From Lachnospiraceae bacterium (lineage in GTDB: Bacteria > Bacillota > Clostridia > Lachnospirales > Lachnospiraceae), in NCBI GenBank assembly GCA_017449745.1, contig JAFTFD010000339.1, positions 21,866-85,865 of the forward strand: a stretch of 64,000 nucleotides of DNA, given 5' to 3'. Positions 59,257-64,000 of this stretch are shown here, piece after piece. Numbering within the stretch: the first letter of the stretch is position 1; every line of letters begins with the position of its first letter. The notes under the pieces were generated by a model. That model was not told where the DNA came from and did no database searches. It saw only the letters and a list, made by a program, of their open reading frames with translations. A program made the translations under genes and the position numbers.

Positions 59257-59512
59257 AGAGCATGAGAAAACTTTGGTTATTTCAAAAATCCTGCCAGAAG
59301 GTGACATCGGAGAACAAGTCAGGGCATGGAAAAGTTCCGGTCATTTCAAAAATCCTGTCCGGAGACGGTATCGGAGAGCGGCTTAGGGCATTAAAATCTT
59401 TAAGCGGTTTGTATTTCTTGCCTAGAGGTGGCAGTAAAAACCGTCGGGGAGCATGGAAAAACTTCAAGTATTTTATATTCCCTGCCTAGAGACGGTTCTT
59501 TGATGACAGAGC
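59257..59512. repeat. Four tandem, diverged 64-bp repeats (non-coding)
   Basis: The units start at 59257, 59321, 59385 and 59449, each beginning ag(a/g)gcat(g/t)(a/g)a-aaa. Units 1-2 share tcatttcaaaaatcctg and units 3-4 share tgcctagag. The period is not a multiple of 3. Confidence 0.75.
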
Positions 59513-59563
59513 TATCTTGTTTGATGGCCTGAGCATTCTATAAACGAAGATCGGTTCCTGCTG

Positions 59564-59662
59564 TTGGGAATTAGTGAAACTTCAAAGGTCTGTATTGTAT
59601 GTCATTGCTACAGAGAATCAGACACAGTTATTCGGATCATCTCAGCCAGACAGGCAACCAGG
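59564..59662 (+). pseudogene. C-terminal remnant of a BrnT-family (DUF497) toxin
   Basis: KVCIVCHCYRESDTVIRIISARQATRK matches the characteristic BrnT C-terminus (...IRIISARKATKKE). There is no N-terminal part upstream. Confidence 0.55.
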
Positions 59663-59686
59663 AAGCTCCAGCTGGCTCGTGATGAT

Positions 59687-60283
59687 ATGACGGGTCTGAT
59701 TCCGGGCCTGCACGGCGACCCCCAGCCGACAGAGATCAGTACGATCACCATCTACCCGGACAATACATTTGAACTGCGGGGTGCCGGGTACATGCTGGGA
59801 GAGTGGAAATCGACGGAAAAAACAAACAATGGAGGGGATTGGTATAAGAAAGTTTCCCGGTCCGCTTTCACCTGCAAAGGAAAACTGCTGATCGATACGG
59901 GAGGAACAAGAAAAGGAATCGTCACCGAGCTCAGCGATCTCACTTCCAGCAGCCACTCTACTGATACAGCATTGGCTGCTTTTGCGGATAATCCGGAGTG
60001 GGCGTATTCGTATGAGTCTACGTATCAGTTAATCTGTCATCCGGCTCTTGCACAGACGGATGAGCAGATACAGGAATGGATGACAAAAGTAAAATCGAAA
60101 TCCGGTGCAAGCTATCTGTACAGTGACATCAGGCTGACATTTAACAGTGAAGGCAAGCTTAAAGAGGTCTATTTCTATCCGGTTGGCTTTACGAGCATTT
60201 CCAGCAACAGTACCTTCGGGTCAAAGGATCCGGTAGAAAGTCCTACAGCGTATAAGAGTATCGGTTTCTATGTCATCGAGTGA
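59687..60283 (+). CDS. Hypothetical protein (~198 aa), in frame with the BrnT remnant; start uncertain
   Basis: The open frame runs 59564..60283. The first internal ATG, at 59687, lacks a clear RBS. I saw no signal peptide and no recognised motif, so it may itself be a fragment. Confidence 0.45.
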   Translation: MTGLIPGLHGDPQPTEISTITIYPDNTFELRGAGYMLGEWKSTEKTNNGGDWYKKVSRSAFTCKGKLLIDTGGTRKGIVTELSDLTSSSHSTDTALAAFADNPEWAYSYESTYQLICHPALAQTDEQIQEWMTKVKSKSGASYLYSDIRLTFNSEGKLKEVYFYPVGFTSISSNSTFGSKDPVESPTAYKSIGFYVIE

Positions 60284-60343
60284 GTCACGGAACCTGTCCC
60301 CGTGACTCCCCGTGACTCAGCCGAAGCCGGAAGAGCCCGTGGT

Positions 60344-61600
60344 TCACTCAGTGCGGTTGTAGATCGCCGATACGCTGCTCCGGCTGCCGCCGATGAAGAC
60401 GACGGCGGCCAGCGCGCACAGAAGCATGGCCAGGAGCAGGACGACCCGCTCAGGGATCCGCTCAGAAAGGATCCCGGCTGAGAATTCCCCGATCAGGGCG
60501 CCGACGGTGGACAGCATGCTGAACGCACCGTTGAAGCGCCCTTTCTTTTCGTCCGGCACGTAGCTCTGTGTGGCCGAGATGCGGATCGTGTAGCTGGTGA
60601 TGCCGCCGATCCCGACGAGAAAACACAGGAGCATCATGACCCGGAACGGGAAGAACAGGTAGATTCCCTCGAAGATGGAGATGGCAATGTAAACGACCAG
60701 CGCGATGCGGTAGCGGAACCGGGCCGGGATTTTCAGCCGGTAATGGATCATGCCGCCGATCGCCCTGCCTGCGAGCGAAAAAGCCATCACGAACATATAC
60801 CAGTACTCGCCGTTCTCAAACGTGCCTTTGAAGTATGGGAGCACAATGACGGAAGACACGCCGCCGCAGATGGCGGAGAAGGCAAAATATGCCGCAATCG
60901 CCAGCAGTCCCTTTTCCGAGGAGAGGTAGCGGAAGCCTTCCCGTGTGTCCTCGATCACCTGCCGCGCCGGCTTTGCTCCCTCTATTTTCGTCTTCTGCTG
61001 CTCTTCGATATAGTGCTCCTCAGTCCTGATCTGCGTCTCCATCACCGCGGCGGCGAAGAAGCAGATCCCGTTTACCAGCAGCAGCGGCGCGAGCCCGATT
61101 TTGCTGTACATAAACGTTGAAACCGGCACCATCACCGCTGAGAGGGTCTCCAGCACGCTTGCGATGGAGTAGGCCTTCTGGTAGTTTCCTTCGGTGATCA
61201 GCAGCGGATAAAAGCTCTCATAGGCAACCATGTAGATGCTTTCGACTGTCCCCAGGACAAAGCAGTACACAGCAAACAGCGGAAACGAGAACCAGCCGGC
61301 GGACAGCACCGCCGCCATCACGATGTAGAGAAACGCGGAGAAGAAGTCCAGCGTGTAGATTGTCTTTTTCCTCGAGAAGCGGTCCAGCAGCGCACCGGAG
61401 ATGACCGGCATGAACAGGTGCGGCAGCGTGAACATGGCAATATAAACAGAATACAGCAGCGTCGACTCGGAGATGTCCAGCACCATGAGGCTCATGGCAA
61501 ACCCGGACATCGCGTTTCCGAACATCGACACGATGCTGCCCAGTGTAATGATGGTAAAATCCCTCGTCCACAGCGAGGGCGTATTCTTCCGGTCTGACAT
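60344..61600 (-). CDS. MFS transporter
   Basis: About 418 aa from MSDRKNTPSLW with about 12 hydrophobic helices and the MFS loop motif GALLDRFSRKK. Confidence 0.85.
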   Translation of the reverse strand: MSDRKNTPSLWTRDFTIITLGSIVSMFGNAMSGFAMSLMVLDISESTLLYSVYIAMFTLPHLFMPVISGALLDRFSRKKTIYTLDFFSAFLYIVMAAVLSAGWFSFPLFAVYCFVLGTVESIYMVAYESFYPLLITEGNYQKAYSIASVLETLSAVMVPVSTFMYSKIGLAPLLLVNGICFFAAAVMETQIRTEEHYIEEQQKTKIEGAKPARQVIEDTREGFRYLSSEKGLLAIAAYFAFSAICGGVSSVIVLPYFKGTFENGEYWYMFVMAFSLAGRAIGGMIHYRLKIPARFRYRIALVVYIAISIFEGIYLFFPFRVMMLLCFLVGIGGITSYTIRISATQSYVPDEKKGRFNGAFSMLSTVGALIGEFSAGILSERIPERVVLLLAMLLCALAAVVFIGGSRSSVSAIYNRTE

Positions 61601-61730
61601 TGCCCTGTTCCCTTCGATATTGAATTCAGGTGCTTCGTGGGCTAAACTGATTATAAGGCAGGCTGTTAACTCAAGCAAGCTTATGCTCTACCCGCAAGCC
61701 CGCAGAAATGATGAACAGGATCCTGAAAAA

Positions 61731-61952
61731 ATGCCTGCAGACAAACCCGAAAAAAAGAAAAAACAGATCACTACCGAGCGGGGAAAGATCGAGGCAGAGC
61801 TCGCCCTTGCGAACCGGATTAAGATGACCGTGCTCCCGAGAGTTTTTCCGGCTTACCCGGACAGGACTGATTTTGACATCTATGCTTCGATGACACCGGC
61901 AAAAGAAGTCGGCGGCGACTTCTACGACTTCTTCCTGATGGAAGGACAGGGC
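61731..61952 (+). pseudogene. Fragment of a PP2C/SpoIIE-type (RsbU-like) serine phosphatase
   Basis: AELALANRIKMTVLPRVFPAYPDRTDFDIYASMTPAKEVGGDFYDFF is the canonical start of the SpoIIE phosphatase domain. The domain stops after this first motif, and both the sensor part and the remaining catalytic motifs are absent. Confidence 0.55.
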
Positions 61953-62094
61953 AATGTCATCCGCCGGGTTTATGAGGAAACGGAAGACGAGATGTACTAC
62001 ACCGCGACCTTTGAGGACGGCGAGACCACAGCAAGCCAGATCATGCAGGAGTGGTATGACGAGCTGGCCAAGGCAAACGGGAAGGAGGTTCACG

Positions 62095-62526
62095 ATGATA
62101 GGACGGCAGGTTATTCTCACAAACAGGGAATTCACATTGGAAGAGTTATATGATTTTATGCGCACTCACTGGGACGTGAATGAAGGCGGAGAATTTGTAT
62201 TGGGAAGGCCGACTAAAGCATCCATTGAGGAGTATATTCTTCTTCCTGCGACCAGACGGTTCATGACGATTGTCTATCCGCGCAAGGCTGGAGGACTGTT
62301 CAGCAAAGACAACAAGGTCATTCTGTCCACGGCTGACACGCCCGAAGGCGCTTTCGAAGGACTCGCGCAGGCCATCCCCACGGGTAAAATCTTCATCGGA
62401 GCGGCGCAGATGGTCAATTTAAGTTCGTCGGAGAAGGAAAGAAAGGGACCGGCGGAGGATATCCTGCAGCGGTATACGGCGTATATGAAAAAATTACTGG
62501 GTGAAGCGGGGTATCTTAAGGGATGA
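62095..62526 (+). CDS. Hypothetical protein, 143 aa
   Basis: The ATG follows a ggaaggagg RBS (MIGRQVILTN). Confidence 0.6.
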   Translation: MIGRQVILTNREFTLEELYDFMRTHWDVNEGGEFVLGRPTKASIEEYILLPATRRFMTIVYPRKAGGLFSKDNKVILSTADTPEGAFEGLAQAIPTGKIFIGAAQMVNLSSSEKERKGPAEDILQRYTAYMKKLLGEAGYLKG

Positions 62527-63056
62527 GAAAAGCACTTCTATTTCTGCTGCTGTTTGTCTTCACACTTTCCGGATGCGGGAAGGGCGGATCAGGGGAGATG
62601 ATCGGACCGCGGACAGAGGATGCCTGGGAACAATGGGAAGAGGATCAGAAAACCCTGGCCCAGACCTGGGGAGAGACGGAGATTTACGCTTATGTCACGT
62701 CGATCATGGATGATATGTACAAGGTGGATACCCGCGTGATCTTCAGCGATGATTTTTCCGTTGAGGCAGAAACTCCGGAAGTGGACGCGTTTCGAAAGCT
62801 TTACGACGATATGAATCTGGGAGACGGGATCTCGCCGGAAGAATTTCTGAGCTGGCTGGATGATTCCGCGATGCGGTACGCACTCGGAAGGCCCTGTGAT
62901 CTGGCTAGTATAGAAGAACAGAAGGAAGCGGACGGAGCGTACACCGTCAGACTTGAGTACGCTTCGGGCGGTGATGCGCTGATGGCACTCAGCCTGCCGG
63001 TCTCCACAGATGCAGACGGGCAGTTTACCTTGATCAGGATGATTACGGAAGAATGA
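62523..63056 (+). CDS. Lipoprotein, function unknown
   Basis: 177 aa with a signal peptide and the lipobox LSGC. Its start overlaps the preceding stop codon. Confidence 0.75.
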   Translation: MRKALLFLLLFVFTLSGCGKGGSGEMIGPRTEDAWEQWEEDQKTLAQTWGETEIYAYVTSIMDDMYKVDTRVIFSDDFSVEAETPEVDAFRKLYDDMNLGDGISPEEFLSWLDDSAMRYALGRPCDLASIEEQKEADGAYTVRLEYASGGDALMALSLPVSTDADGQFTLIRMITEE

Positions 63057-63203
63057 GAGTTGTGTCAAGTCCGCTATGAAAGGACTTGACATGTAGCGTC
63101 TCCTCGCTGGGGAGGCATCACACATTAAAATGTGTGATATTTTGCTCGCACGCCCGGAGGGCGTATTAAATCGAGCGATGTTCAAAAGCGTGGAGGGCAA
63201 AAT

Positions 63204-63500
63204 ATGGCGCACCCCAATGAGGAACACACTGGCCGCAAGGTCACGGAGAACATCTACCTGTGCCCGGACGGCAAATATCGTTGGACCTATGAATTGCAGA
63301 TGCTGAAGAACCCGACGATTCTGATCACGATTCTGAAAGTAATCCTGCTTTCTTTCGGAATCGTCATGGCTTTCCTCATCCTGATCAACCTGATCGGGGG
63401 GCGACTTCCGCTACTGGGACCGCTCAACCTTTACATCTTTTTTCGGAACTTTTCTCATACTTGTACTGGTCACAGCTGTCCGGCACAGATCAGATCATGA
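63204..63500 (+). CDS. Small membrane protein, possibly frameshifted at its C-terminus
   Basis: 98 aa with the conserved-looking N-terminus YLCPDGKYRWTYE followed by a TM helix. The tail is low-complexity. Confidence 0.45.
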   Translation: MAHPNEEHTGRKVTENIYLCPDGKYRWTYELQMLKNPTILITILKVILLSFGIVMAFLILINLIGGRLPLLGPLNLYIFFRNFSHTCTGHSCPAQIRS

Positions 63501-64000
63501 TGACAGGTAAACCTCCTCCAGCGTCCGCCGCAGGGTATTCCGATCCATTCTCGTCTGCTCCATGAGTCCCTCTGCAAATCGGCTGAAGGCACCGCACAGC
63601 AGTGGATGCGAGAAGCCAAAGGACAGCTCCGGGCGCAAGGCGTGGATTACATGGGTCCAGTCCTTGGAGATGAACAGGCGGATATTCGGGAAGGGCGTTT
63701 CCGGTAGCGGATAAAGCCGATAATTCGGGCAGGCCTCTGAGAGCCGGATGATCTCACGGATGTGGAGGGCATACTGCTCCGGCGTGTAATACAGCTGCGG
63801 GCAACCCGGGATTGCTTCTACAGCTGCAGAATCTAAGCTGTAATCTTTATGGGTGTCCTGGCCTTCTGGAATCAGGAGTTTTTCCGGCGGTATCAGCGGG
63901 ACACACTCGCACACCATTACAGACGCATCTTTCAGCCGCTGTGCAAGCGCTTCATGGGTCATCTGCCAGTACGCCGTCAGCGCGGGCTCATGGAAGGAAT
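63495..64000 (-). CDS. Hypothetical protein, 5' partial (frame open to window end)
   Basis: Translating upstream of the listed Met (63962) gives no stop before base 64000, so the N-terminus probably lies outside the window. Confidence 0.55.
   Translation of the reverse strand, partial: SFHEPALTAYWQMTHEALAQRLKDASVMVCECVPLIPPEKLLIPEGQDTHKDYSLDSAAVEAIPGCPQLYYTPEQYALHIREIIRLSEACPNYRLYPLPETPFPNIRLFISKDWTHVIHALRPELSFGFSHPLLCGAFSRFAEGLMEQTRMDRNTLRRTLEEVYLSS

Noticed and set aside
61473-61730. The 5' part of the 226-aa ORF 61473..62153.
   Set aside because: It overlaps the N-terminal coding region of the MFS transporter on the opposite strand and has no motif. Only the segment from 61731 onward (the PP2C/SpoIIE motif) looks like former coding sequence.

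Overview
The window looks like a chromosomal segment from a Clostridia/Lachnospiraceae-type gut bacterium; that taxonomic guess is inferred from protein families only. The dominant signal is structural. Bases 1..43910 form one apparently perfect, spacer-less palindrome in which x pairs with 43911-x, with the axis between 21955 and 21956. Fifteen genes therefore appear twice, head-to-head. In right-arm order from the axis they are: a 159-aa membrane protein, a trigger-factor-like lipoprotein, asnS, an NlpC/P60 hydrolase, guaA, a membrane protein, a secreted esterase, an AraC regulator, a GH2 beta-galactosidase, a small membrane protein, a GH2 beta-glucuronidase, a histidine phosphatase, an Fe-ADH, pckA and a nuclease-like 262-aa ORF. 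The axis falls exactly in the loop of an intrinsic-terminator hairpin. The left arm runs off the window at base 1, so its outer boundary is unseen. The most parsimonious reading is a fold-back chimera or assembly artefact. If the structure is real, it is either a very recent giant inverted duplication or read-through of a hairpin end. Inside each arm there is a low-GC, ORF-free 1.3-kb stretch packed with several repeat families, next to a nuclease-like/HRDC gene pair. The unique flank (43911..64000) holds several groups of genes:
- Enzymes: an SGNH hydrolase and malQ.
- A MoxR-DUF58-DUF4129 operon.
- A stand-alone GMP-synthase ATP-pyrophosphatase paralog.
- A BlaI/BlaR1-like pair whose sensor is a degenerate LytM (M23) domain.
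- Two ECF sigma modules.
- An XRE switch.
- An MFS transporter.
- A decayed zone with toxin-antitoxin and phosphatase fragments and a 64-bp tandem repeat array.

I saw no rRNA, tRNA, CRISPR array or transposase. All functional calls come from reading motifs by eye; no searches were run.
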